A stretch of 64,000 nucleotides of DNA. It comes from Pelagomonas calceolata. Its lineage: Eukaryota. The notes under the pieces are model-generated. The model did no database searches, was not told the origin of the DNA, and saw only the letters and a program-made list of their open reading frames with translations. The stretch covers positions 5,332,001 through 5,396,000 of the forward strand of contig CAKKNE010000001.1 of the NCBI GenBank assembly GCA_918797485.1, read 5' to 3'. Positions 53,086 through 62,674 of the stretch are shown here, in pieces (position 1 is the stretch's first letter; every line of letters starts with the position of its first letter). Made by a program: the position numbers and the translations under genes.

Positions 53086-55209
53086 TCACGCGCCGCTCGG
53101 CCCCATCGTGCGGAGCTTGACGTCCTCGGGCGTCTTGTCGAGGATGTCGTGCGCGTACTTGAGGAGCATCTTGTCGAGCTTGGCCTCGGGGTCGAAGAAG
53201 GGATTGATCTGGCCCGGTTTCATACCAGCAGCTAAATGGTTGACGTCGCGGTGGTTCGCCTCATCGGCGCGGATCGCGAGCATCAGGTCGAGCACGGTAC
53301 CCTCCTCGCCTGCGTGAACCGGTGAGTGGCGTGAGAAAGGTCTACCATCATCGTGGACGCCGGATCCGAACCCAGGTGCCAGTAGGCCCGCCCGATGGCC
53401 GGCGCGATCTGCGTGCGCCACGCGGCCAATTCACTCCCTTCCGGCGCCGCCTCGATGCCGCCGATGATCTTCGTGTACGTGCTACAGGCCTCTTCTTCCA
53501 CGTAGCCGACCAGGCGGTGGCAGTACGTCGGGTTGATGACGTACATCGTCCCGAAGAACGTCGCGAAGACGCACTGGCCGCCGATGACCGCGAGCCGGAA
53601 CATCGTGCCCGGCTGGTACATCTTGATGAACGCTAACAAGTGCATCTTCTCGTTCTCCGCCTGTGCATAAATCAAAATTTCAAGGCGCGTTCCACGCCAT
53701 CGAGCACCCGACGCACTGGTAGATTTCCACACAGCTCTCGACCTCCTCCAACAACAAGTTCGTCCAGCCGCCGTCGCGCTCCATGGTCCTCAAAGCCTTG
53801 AAGTGGCGGAACATGGCCCCCACAAACCCGGGCACGGCAGCGATCGTCTCCAGGAAGATCGCCCTTAACATAATCTTCTTCTGCGTGAGCTCGCCGATGT
53901 TCCAGAGCGTGGCCGCGTCGAAGCCCTTGCGCAATAACCTGCGTGGAAATCAACCAGTGAGTTGGTATGTCGAACGGTGAGGAACCGGCATCGCCACGCC
54001 ATTGAGCAAAGTGTCGCGTCGATGGCGTGGAGGTCGTCGCGACGATTCAGCACGAAGGCGCCGTGAAATCTTGATTTCCACACAGGTAGTAACCAGGTCG
54101 AGTAGTAGGCCGCCTTGTCCGTCGTCGTCTTCGGTGGAGTATGCGTCAATTTCACATCTAGTTCCTCGGGCGAGTAGACGGAGTGGCCGCCGGCCTGTGT
54201 GGAAATCAACCAGTGCGTTGGGTGCGGTTCACTAAGTCATTTCTCGGCGATGACACGCCCGTGCTGGCTCCGTCGAGCGGTGAGGGACCGGCACTGCCAC
54301 GCCATCGAGCAGGCATCACGTCGATGGCGTGGAAGTCATGATTCAGCCGGTGGGCGGAAGGCGCTGGAAGTACTACGAAATTTTGATTTCCACACAGCCG
54401 CCCGCGAGGTACTCGACGCTACATTTGCCCACACCGAGCGGGTGCTTCGTGCCCGTGGTCCTACGTGGTCGACGACGTCGCGTCGATGTCGTGGGGGTCG
54501 GACGACGGCGTCGCGTCGATGGCGTGGGTTCGGACGACGGCGTCGCGTCGATGGCGTGGGGTTCGGACTCGGACGGCGCGTCGATGGCGTGGGGTTCGGA
54601 CTCGGACGGCGCGCTTGAAGTGGTTGCCCATATCCAATCCAACCTCGCCCTCGTCGCCGAGCTTGACGTCCAAGGCATGAATGAAGCGGTCGTAGGACAC
54701 GCTACCGCCGGCCTTGGCCGCGTAGAACCTGAGCGGAAATCAAACTTCGGGCGCCCCACGCCATCGACGCGACGTTGTCCCAAGGACCGCGTCGTCTACC
54801 TAACTCACTGGTTGATTTCCACACAGCGTAGAACATCTCGCCCAAATCTTCCACTTCTTTGTCGGTGAACGTGCCGCGGTGCTTCTTTAGTAAAGCTCTA
54901 AGCTCCTCGGCGTCGAGGCGGCCGTCGCCGTTCTTGTCGGCGGCCATGAGCTCGGACCTGCGCGGTGTGGCGCGTCGGCGGGCGTAACGCTGTGGAAAAG
55001 TCTGACGCGGCGGCGCGCTTGATCACGCGGACCTGCTGCTCGCCTAAAAACTTGAGAGTGTGCGGTCCATCGCTGTCCGTAACCGTCACGCGGGGCGAGG
55101 TCGACGGGTCGATGGGCTGAGCCGGCGCCGACAGGCATCTTAGAGGCGCGCGGCGCACGATTGGTTGGGTGGCCCTGGCAGTTGCACGAGCAATGTGGGC
55201 GAGACGCAT
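53086..55209 (-). CDS. AOX: Mitochondrial alternative oxidase with N-terminal EF-hand; 8 exons (55209-55019, 54957-54835, 54728-54615, 54460-54406, 54194-54094, 53938-53743, 53660-53372, 53309-53086), 430 aa
   Basis: Splicing gives one 1293-nt frame with DKNGDGRLDAEE, FLETIAAVPG, LLEEAENEKMHL, GYVEEEA, IRADEANHRDVNH. Confidence 0.92.
53661..53734 (-). mobile_element. Introner element (AOX intron 6, 53661-53742)
   Basis: TIRs CTGTGTGGAAATC / GATTTATGCACAG; decayed TSD GTCGAGAG / GCGGAGAA. Confidence 0.8.
53939..54085 (-). mobile_element. Introner element (AOX intron 5, 53939-54093)
   Basis: TIRs CTGTGTGGAAATCAA / TTGATTTCCACGCAG; TSD GTTACTAC / GTTATTGC. Confidence 0.88.
54195..54397 (-). 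mobile_element. Introner element (AOX intron 4, 54195-54405, GC-AG)
   Basis: Perfect 15-bp TIR CTGTGTGGAAATCAA; TSD GCGGGCGG / GCCGGCGG. Confidence 0.92.
54461..54614. repeat. AOX intron 3 made of ~4 tandem copies of the introner core motif
   Basis: CGCGTCGATG(G/T)CGTGGG(G)(T)TCGGAC… repeated with ~32-33-bp period. Confidence 0.85.
54729..54826 (-). mobile_element. Introner element (AOX intron 2, 54729-54834)
   Basis: Perfect TSD GTTCTACG (54827-54834 and 54721-54728); TIRs CTGTGTGGAAATCAA / TTGATTTCCGCTCAG. Confidence 0.92.
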
Positions 55210-55317
55210 GACGAGTGACTTGTTGTGGTATTCGGCGACGTAAGGAGAGGCCCCGACGTCCGGATATCAAACGATAACCGTGAGATCTCGCGTCGAGCTG
55301 GCGTCTTTTTCTATGGC

Positions 55318-55339
55318 CCAGCGGCTGTAAGACACTAGC
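55318..55339. promoter_or_regulatory. Recurrent intergenic CTAG motif copy (reverse)
   Basis: CCAGCGGCTGTAAGACACTAGC ~110 bp upstream of AOX. Confidence 0.65.
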
Positions 55340-55419
55340 CCGTGGCCGCGTCCTCTCGCAGAGACGCATCTCCGCCCCCATGCACGACTACGACACGAGG
55401 AAAAAACAACAGAGATAGA

Positions 55420-56748
55420 TTAGGCTGGCACCGGAGTCCGCGCCGGAGCGACCGGAGGCGACGCGGGCGCGGGGGGCTCCGCCAGCGACAGCCCCGCGAG
55501 CGACAACTCCTCGACGGGCACCGACGGAAAGTCGGGCAGTTCCGGAGCCGGCGGATCGAGCAGGGCCTCGAGCTCCCGCTCGAGGTCCGCGTCCTCCGGC
55601 GAGACGAAGGTCTCGTGCAGCGCGTCGTCGACGGCCGCAACTTCCGCGGTTTCTGTCTGCAGGGCCTCCGACGCCGCCGCGACGTCTTCAACAGTCACAC
55701 CGTCCAAGCGCGCCTGCTTTAAAGCGTCGGCGGCGAGCGTCATCGCCTGCACGGTCTCGCCGTCGTCCCAGAGGCCGCACAACGCGTCGTGGGGCGCCTC
55801 GAGGTGCTGGGCGTGGACGGTCCGACGCTTGCGCACGTCGTCCCTTGACAGTTTCCACCGGCGCGCGTTGAAGGCGGTCTTGGCGCCGCGGCACGCTTGC
55901 AAGGCGGACGCTTCCCGCGCCTCGGCTCGCTTCAAAGCGAGCGCCGATCGTAATAAAGCGGCTCGTAGCGCGACGGCCGCCGCGTCGGAAGGCGCCACGG
56001 CGCCGCGGATCCGGACCGTGCCCTCGCCGAGCGTCTCGAGGTCCGCGGCGTCGTCCACGCTCGCGACGCCCTTTATTACACCGCGACCCAGCAACGCGCG
56101 CCGCGTCCGCACGCAGCGCGCGCACCGCGCGAGCGCGAGCGACGCCGGCGGTTTCGTCGCTAGGGCCGCGCGCGCGCACGCCGCCGCGAGCGACGCCGGC
56201 GCGGCGTCGACGCGCAGCTCGTCGTCGACGTGGGCGCTCCGCAACGCAAAGCAGCGCTCGGCGCCCCGCAGTGACGACACATAGTCGACAAATGCGTCGA
56301 GGGCGGCGTCCAGCGCGGCGTCCGCCACGACGTACACGCCGCGGGCCGCCACCCTCCAAGCCTGGAGGTAGGACACGACGGCGGCGACGGGTCGGCCCTG
56401 GCGCCGCCGCCGCGCGGTCTCGGCCGCGCGCGTGAGTGCGGCGGCCGGCCGAAACCGCGCTTCTAAGCACCGCGCGAGCCCCGGCGGCGCGCCGTACTCG
56501 TCCGAGGCGAGCGCTTTTGCGAGTTCATCCGCGTCGAGCACGAGCCAGCCCCGGGCGGCCGCGGCCTTTGTCACAGCTCGCTGCCATTCGTCCGCGAAGT
56601 CCTCGTCTAGCGGTTCATTATCGTCCGGGATGCTGTAGAGGTACTCGACACGCTCCGCGTCGGTCGTGTCGAGGTATGGTGTTGTTGTGGCGGCGGTTGA
56701 AGCGGTCGGCTCCTCGTCGTCGACTTCCGGCGCCGCAAACTTGGTCAT
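55420..56748 (-). CDS. CHMP7: CHMP7-like protein (N-terminal extension plus C-terminal Snf7/ESCRT-III domain)
   Basis: C-terminal TVQAMTLAADALK…VTVEDV…DLERELEAL…LPDFPSVP; N-terminal W…L…PPGL segment resembling the CHMP7 winged-helix region. Confidence 0.6.
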   Translation of the reverse strand: MTKFAAPEVDDEEPTASTAATTTPYLDTTDAERVEYLYSIPDDNEPLDEDFADEWQRAVTKAAAARGWLVLDADELAKALASDEYGAPPGLARCLEARFRPAAALTRAAETARRRRQGRPVAAVVSYLQAWRVAARGVYVVADAALDAALDAFVDYVSSLRGAERCFALRSAHVDDELRVDAAPASLAAACARAALATKPPASLALARCARCVRTRRALLGRGVIKGVASVDDAADLETLGEGTVRIRGAVAPSDAAAVALRAALLRSALALKRAEAREASALQACRGAKTAFNARRWKLSRDDVRKRRTVHAQHLEAPHDALCGLWDDGETVQAMTLAADALKQARLDGVTVEDVAAASEALQTETAEVAAVDDALHETFVSPEDADLERELEALLDPPAPELPDFPSVPVEELSLAGLSLAEPPAPASPPVAPARTPVPA

Positions 56749-56938
56749 GCTTGAGCGGCCTCCACGGGCGCGGCAGCGCGTCGGCTACGTCACAGGTGTC
56801 GTCACGCGCGCGGCACGACTACTTTTGATGCTCTGCCGATTCGCGCGCGCAGTTGTAGGAGCCGTGTGGCCCAAAAAATGCAAAGCGCGGCACAGCCAAG
56901 CTAGCGACCTGAAAGGCACTAGAAAAATTGTGATCTTG

Positions 56939-57019
56939 ACGTCTGCGCTCTCCGCGAGCGCACGACGTCACAAGGGGAATAACGTCTGCGCTCTCCGCGC
57001 ACGACGTCACAGGGGGGAA
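56939..57019. repeat. 43-bp tandem duplication
   Basis: ACGTCTGCGCTCTCCGCG…CACGACGTCACA(A/G)GGGG at 56939 and 56982. Confidence 0.85.
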
Positions 57020-57032
57020 GAAGGAAGGAAGC

Positions 57033-58568
57033 TCAGCCGTGCATGGGCGCCCGCCACCGCGGCGGCCGCCGCGAGTAGGACCGCCGTGCGTGGCCACCGC
57101 CACATTCTCGCGTAGCATCGTCGCGCCGCGTCCCGGCCATCAGGCACGCCGTCAGGTCCGGCGCATTGCGGGTAGTGGCGTCGATGCGCGCCCAGCGCGC
57201 GCGCGAGACCTCGGACATGGCGCACGCGCCCTGCAAACAGTCGCGCGCGACCGCGGGCAGCAGGTTGACGCGCTTCTCGCGCCGCTCGATATCGTCGACG
57301 TCCGCGCCGGCCGCCGCACACAAGGGTGTGGGGACCTCGCCCTCGCGCGACGCCGTCGTGTTCGACAGGATATACCTCCTCCGGATCCCGTCCGCATATA
57401 ACTTGCGCACGAACAACGACTCGAAGAACATGTCGTCGACCACGCGCTTCTGGGGGATGGCTCGAGAATGCGTGGCCCAGAGCCTATGCTCTTCAGAAAC
57501 TTGATGCGGCACGTGCACCGCAAACGCTCTAGGGACGGTATAAAAGTGGAAGCCCGCCGCTCGTAATGACGTGATCCACGCGAGCTTGTTCTTGCCGTAG
57601 CCCACGTACCTCTCGTCGAAGCGCGGCGTCACGGCGCAGTTGCGCACCACCACAAAGGGCTCGTAAAAATTCCCCAGAAAGCAGGACAGCTTCTCCGGCG
57701 CCGTCGCGGCGAGCCACGCGTCGAAGCGCGTCGAGCCGTGGTGGTGGAAGGGCTCGCAGCGGATGCGCGACGGGGGCAGCTTGATGACAGTGTTGGACCG
57801 GCCCGCGTCCCAATACAAATTGCCTTTCGTTTGCCAGTCGTGCTTGAACGAGTCGTTCTTCGCCGCGAGGCACCGTAGCAGTCCGTCGCGCGTCCGCGGC
57901 ACGAGCGCACTCAAACTGTCATGATCCGTGGCCCGCAACTTCTTGCCCGCGCGCGCGCGCGCGCCGTCCTTGCCCTCCAACGCAAAAGTCGGCACGACCA
58001 GCGCCAGGTCCGCCTCCGTGAGAACATGTAAGGCGTCGGCGATCATTTTGTACGTGCCTGCTCCTGGCCAGAAGTCCGCATCCAATAAAAAGACGTGCGT
58101 CGTCCTCGCGCGCATCCAGGCCCGGTTCCGCATCTGGTTCACGGGGAACTGCGTCCCCTTCGGCACGCGCACGACGCCCACGTGAGACAGCGCTTCGTCG
58201 CAGCCGTCGATGTAGTTCGACGTCACCGCCTCGGCATCGAGGTCCGTGTCCGCGGCGACGACGGTGATGGAGACGGGGCCCCGCCAGCGCTCGCACATGC
58301 TCCGCACGTTCCACAGCCGATCCTCCGTCGCCGTCGTCACGATGGTCACGCCCTTTGTTAATCCACTAAGGTCGCAGCGCGCGTTCGGCGACGGCAACGG
58401 CGGCGGCGGCAGGCTTGCGCGTTTCTTGCGGCGGTCCCACTCGGCCTGGCTGTAGGGGTTGTCCGGGCGCTGCGGTGGTGGGCGCCTCCTTCTATAGTTG
58501 TAGATGATTCGTGGCGTTGCCAGGGGCAGCACCATGACAAGCCATGCCAGCCTGGCTTTGGTGTGCAT
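57033..58568 (-). CDS. GT49 (LARGE/B4GAT1-like) glycosyltransferase
   Basis: TEDRL…WRGPVS, FPVNQMRN…THVFLLDADF, YEPFVV…FDERYVGYGKNK, FAVHVPH. Confidence 0.88.
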   Translation of the reverse strand: MHTKARLAWLVMVLPLATPRIIYNYRRRRPPPQRPDNPYSQAEWDRRKKRASLPPPPLPSPNARCDLSGLTKGVTIVTTATEDRLWNVRSMCERWRGPVSITVVAADTDLDAEAVTSNYIDGCDEALSHVGVVRVPKGTQFPVNQMRNRAWMRARTTHVFLLDADFWPGAGTYKMIADALHVLTEADLALVVPTFALEGKDGARARAGKKLRATDHDSLSALVPRTRDGLLRCLAAKNDSFKHDWQTKGNLYWDAGRSNTVIKLPPSRIRCEPFHHHGSTRFDAWLAATAPEKLSCFLGNFYEPFVVVRNCAVTPRFDERYVGYGKNKLAWITSLRAAGFHFYTVPRAFAVHVPHQVSEEHRLWATHSRAIPQKRVVDDMFFESLFVRKLYADGIRRRYILSNTTASREGEVPTPLCAAAGADVDDIERREKRVNLLPAVARDCLQGACAMSEVSRARWARIDATTRNAPDLTACLMAGTRRDDATRECGGGHARRSYSRRPPRWRAPMHG

Positions 58569-58795
58569 CGTACCGCAGCCCTTCACCGCGTCACGCTCTC
58601 AGCCGGCTCTCTGCGGCCATTGCGAGCCTGCAGACGTGCCATGCGCGTATGTTTGCATTCCTCTGATGCTTCACCAAATATTATTCCTCTCATGTGCAAA
58701 CCATGAAGCTCAGTCTAGGCAGCCACAGCCTCGTAGCGCCGCCGAGGAATGCCGCGCGAGAGGAAGTAGTCCGGTTCGCACTACACGTGTGGCTT

Positions 58796-58819
58796 GCTAG
58801 TGTCTTTCATGCCGCTAGC
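58796..58819. promoter_or_regulatory. CTAG motif copy
   Basis: GCTAGTGTCTTTCATGCCGCTAGC in a divergent promoter. Confidence 0.65.
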
Positions 58820-58904
58820 CGGATTAACTTTTGGGCTCTGCCTCTCGCCGCGGCGCTACGACAGCCGGTCAAGACCCTCGTTTGCACACAGCACCTTACT
58901 GATC

Positions 58905-60019
58905 ATGGGCGATTACGGAGGCTCGTACGGTGGGGGAGGTGGCGATCGCTACGGTATACTCCCAGCGCCTGTTTCTCAATCGCTCCCAGCGCAATCCCAG
59001 CGCGGGGCGCGTCGCGCGCGTCGAGACACAGCAGCATTATAACACTCTCTTCCCTCGCAGGCGGCGGCGGCGGTGGTTATGGCGGCGGCCAGTACGGCGG
59101 CGGCGGCGGCAACTACGGAGGAGGAGGCAACTACGGCGGCGGCGGCTATGGCGGCGGCGGCGGCTACGGCGGCGGCGGGGGCGGCTACGCGGTGCCCTAC
59201 GGCGGCGGCCAGCGCTACGGCGAGGGCCAGGGCGGCGGTGGGTATGGTGGCGGCGGCTACGGCGGCGGCGGAGGCTTCGGCGGCCCGCCGCGCGGCGGCG
59301 GCGGCGGCTTCGAGATCTGCCGCGACTTCCAGCGCGGCATGTGCAACCGCGGCGACAACTGCCGCTACTCGCACGACGGGAACGCCCCGGCGGGCCCGCC
59401 GCGCGGCGGCGGCGGCTTCGGCTCGAACGCCTGCTACGAGTGCGGCGAGATCGGCCACTTTGGTCGAGAGTGCCCCGTGCGGCTCCGCAACGGCGGCGTC
59501 CGCGGGCCGACGGTCTTCGGCCCGCGCGGCGGCGGCGGCGGCGGCGGCGGCTACCAGGGCCCGGGCCCGTCCTACGGCGGCTACGGCGGCGGTGGCGGCG
59601 GCGGCCGCGACCAGAAGCGGTCGCGCTCGCGGTCCCGCTCCCGCTCGCGCAGCCGCTCCCGTTCGCGAGGGCGCCGCCGCGACCGCTCCGCATCTTCTAG
59701 ATCGTCCTCACGCTCGCGCTCGAAGTCGCGCTCGAAGTCGCGCAGCAAGTCGCGCAGCAAGTCGAAGTCTCCCGAGCCGGCGGCAGACAAGAAGGAGGAC
59801 GAGAAGCCCTACGAGCCCGAGGAGGCCGCCGCCGCCGAGCCTGAGCCGGCCGCCGCGCCGGCTGAGGCCGCGGACGAGGCCAAGAAGACCTGGACGGCCG
59901 ACGAGATCGGGAAAATGACGGTCGCGAAGCTCAAGGAGGCGCTCACCACGCTCGGCCTCGACACGAGCGGCCTCAAGGCCGCGCTCAAGGACCGCCTCAC
60001 CGACGCCATGGGCCTCTAG
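58905..60019 (+). CDS. Gly-rich RNA-binding protein with CCCH and CCHC zinc fingers, RS region and SAP domain; intron 58954-59060
   Basis: CRDFQRGMCNRGDNCRYSH; CYECGEIGHFGREC; (RS)n; KMTVAKLKEALTTLGLDTSGLKAALKDRL. Confidence 0.88.
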
Positions 60020-60387
60020 AGGCTCGATCATCCCCCTTCCCTTCCCCGTGTGCGCGCCTGCGACAGTAACGTTGTCACACGACGCCGGCCGGCCGGCCGC
60101 CGAGCATTCTTCGGCCGGGCGCTAACTAACGAGGGGGTCGACAGAGCTATATGATAACACTATCGAGGTCAGGCGTGCGGTCTAGGCGTGCGGCAGGAGG
60201 ACTACTTGGAGGACTCGCTTCGCAAAGTTCGGGTTGCGCTGCTGTGCGGCCTGTGCTGTGCCGAGCGCACAGCGTGCTTTTGCTGCCGCTTTGCGCGTCG
60301 TCAGCCCACGGGCCGCCGCACGCATTGTCGGGCAGCCTCAAGAAGCCGCGGAGAGCAGCCATGCGACGCGTAAACCCCATCTAGACC

Positions 60388-61545
60388 ATGAAGCACTGCC
60401 TGCTCCTCGCGGCGGCGGCGTACGCCTACAACGCGTCGACGCCGCCGACGAAGATTATAAAATCGAACTGCACGCTCCAGCGCTTCCCGCCGATCTACGC
60501 GAATCGCGTGCACTTTTTTTCCTTTGTGGCGGCGGACCTGTACCACCTGCTCGGGCATGCGTTAAGGTACTACCGCCACCTCGGTCTAGATCTGAAGAAC
60601 CAGGGGCGAATATTTGTACACAACGCGAGCGGCCCGGTAGCGCTCGAGAAGACGTTGGTGTATTTGCGGCGGTACGAGATAACCTACCGTGTCTCGAACG
60701 AGTGGTCCAGTCAGACGAAGCGCGAGGCAGCCAACCAATTCCTCCTGAGCCTGCCGAACGACGCCTGGCTCGTCTACCCCGATCTGGACGAGTTCTTCGC
60801 CTTTCCCTGCGAAGTGTTGAATATTATGGACCAGGGAGGGCTCCTGAGCGGCCAGATGGTCGACCGCGTCGCATACGATTGGCACCTCAACAGTCTGAGG
60901 CCGCTTCCAAGAGCAGCAAAGATGAACAATCGCTCATCCATAGACTACCAGTTCCCGCGGTCGTGTCGACTCACTGGCGGTTTGCTCGATACGAACGTTA
61001 ATAAATACACGCTCGTGCCGGCCGTCGACGCGGCAGGAAAGAGGTTGCGGTACATCAACGCCCACTCCGTCGCCTGTGGCACGCAACGACGTAACCTACG
61101 CCACGTCCACGCGCAGCGCGCCAACGATTGTCATGGGGTTACGATCTACCGGGGACCCGCCGTCGCGCACTACGGCTTCACGAAGATCACGATCCCCGTC
61201 CTGGAACGGAAGCTCGCCACATATAAAGCTTTGGCGCGTACTTCCGGCGAACTCCGCCACCGCGACGCCGTCGAGCACTACCGGAAGCTCCGGGACTCGT
61301 TCGAGTACTGTCCTTTGACGAAGTCGTTCCAGTTCACTCGAAAAGCGCGGCGGCTCCTTCAACGAAGGCGGTACTGCGACCCGCTTCCACCCCATCTTGA
61401 GCGGGACTACGCGCCGTCTCGATTTTGTTTCGAGCCGACGAAGGCGCCCCGGCCGCGGCCGACGCCGCGGCCCTCTGTCATGCGGAAGGCGAAGGCGCCT
61501 CGAGTCTTGGGGCGTCCGGACGACGACGACCCGCCCGACGACTAA
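60388..61545 (+). CDS. Secreted GT-A-fold (GT2-like) putative glycosyltransferase
   Basis: Signal peptide; HALRYYRHLG…WLVYPDLDEF (DxDE) pattern. Confidence 0.65.
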   Translation: MKHCLLLAAAAYAYNASTPPTKIIKSNCTLQRFPPIYANRVHFFSFVAADLYHLLGHALRYYRHLGLDLKNQGRIFVHNASGPVALEKTLVYLRRYEITYRVSNEWSSQTKREAANQFLLSLPNDAWLVYPDLDEFFAFPCEVLNIMDQGGLLSGQMVDRVAYDWHLNSLRPLPRAAKMNNRSSIDYQFPRSCRLTGGLLDTNVNKYTLVPAVDAAGKRLRYINAHSVACGTQRRNLRHVHAQRANDCHGVTIYRGPAVAHYGFTKITIPVLERKLATYKALARTSGELRHRDAVEHYRKLRDSFEYCPLTKSFQFTRKARRLLQRRRYCDPLPPHLERDYAPSRFCFEPTKAPRPRPTPRPSVMRKAKAPRVLGRPDDDDPPDD

Positions 61546-61629
61546 CGTTTTGTGTTGACTCTAGATCGTTGTTCATCTTAGTAGAGAGAGAGTCGCTTGG
61601 CGCGCCGGAGATATTGCTCCGATAATGAC

Positions 61630-61648
61630 CTAGCTGTAAGACACTAGC
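61630..61648. promoter_or_regulatory. CTAG motif copy (reverse, short spacer)
   Basis: CTAGCTGTAAGACACTAGC upstream of ATG 61774. Confidence 0.65.
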
Positions 61649-61773
61649 AAGCTCTCTGCCAAATTTGATTTTTGCAGCGCTCGTTTGAGACACGGTAAAC
61701 GTTTTTGCGCAGCGCTTTTGCATTTGCGTCGTAAGCTGCCCTGCGTGGCATAGCAATCGAAACGGTGCTAAAA

Positions 61774-62277
61774 ATGGCCGCCTGTGTAGAGAACGCGATG
61801 CAAGACCTGGCTCTGGACGCAGTTGACGCCTGTGCCGCGCCGGAGACAGCCAAAGCAGTCGTTCCGGAGCAGCCCGGCACTCCTGATGCTGCGCAGAAGG
61901 GCTCAGAAGAGCCGAATGGCACCGCCGACAAAGTCAAGAAGCAGCGCCGCCGCCGAGGCAAGAAGCCAGCCGCCGCTGCCGACAAAGTGACGGACGAGAA
62001 CGCCGCGCCGGCGGCGGACGGCATGCAATCGGCCGCGGCCGCGGAGGACGGCAAGCCGTCGGCTGCGCCCGTCGATGTGGCCGCGATACTCAAGGCGCGT
62101 GCCGCGGCCAAGAAGGGCGGCCGCAAGGGCAAGCCCGCCTCCGCGGCGGCGCAGGCAGCCCTCGCGAACGCCAAGGCGCGGCCGCAGAAGAAGAGCGGCG
62201 CCAAGGGCGGCCGGTCGGAGGGGGGCCCGCGTGCGGCGAAGACCGGCAAGAGCCAGAACGACAAGTGCCTGCCGTGA
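61774..62277 (+). CDS. Low-complexity Lys/Ala-rich hypothetical protein
   Basis: ORF with coding-like codon usage and basic clusters (KKQRRRRGKK). Confidence 0.55.
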   Translation: MAACVENAMQDLALDAVDACAAPETAKAVVPEQPGTPDAAQKGSEEPNGTADKVKKQRRRRGKKPAAAADKVTDENAAPAADGMQSAAAAEDGKPSAAPVDVAAILKARAAAKKGGRKGKPASAAAQAALANAKARPQKKSGAKGGRSEGGPRAAKTGKSQNDKCLP

Positions 62278-62674
62278 GAGTCGCGCAGGAGGCTCGGAGT
62301 AATGATAGTGTGACATGACCCGGCGTAGTATCGAGCTGTTGGTTTCAAGAGATCTCGGGATCTCAGGCTCACGGCCGCCGCGACGGCGCCGTCGCACACT
62401 GGTCTCGAGATGTCACTCGACGCTTGCGAGTCGACGCCGCGGGCTGGGAGTCGCCACTTCCAAGGCTTTAGAGCTGCAAGCGGCTCGAATATGCCGAAGC
62501 TACAGGTAGTTAGCGTAGCCCTCTCTGAAGGCGCTGCACTCGACGACGGGGCTTTTGGGCGCCGGCGACGGTGGACGCGTCCCGAGCGGCTGCCCCGACG
62601 TTACTGACGTGACAGGCGACGCATCGCTCGCAGCCCTCCCGCGAAAACAGGCACGCCGGCCGTACACAAGCAAC

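Noticed and set aside
54461..54614. CRISPR-like ~33-bp repeats
   Set aside because: Head-to-tail units without spacers, inside a spliceosomal intron
50318..56748. Two ESCRT-III genes (VPS2, CHMP7-like) as a functional cluster
   Set aside because: Separated by unrelated DnaJ and AOX genes; chance proximity in a compact genome cannot be excluded
59061..59770. GGC and RS-coding repeats as DNA repeat elements
   Set aside because: They are low-complexity protein-coding sequence of the zinc-finger/SAP gene
62275..62277. TGA after KCLP as a second Sec codon
   Set aside because: No redox motif, in-frame stops follow shortly, and I saw no SECIS-like hairpin
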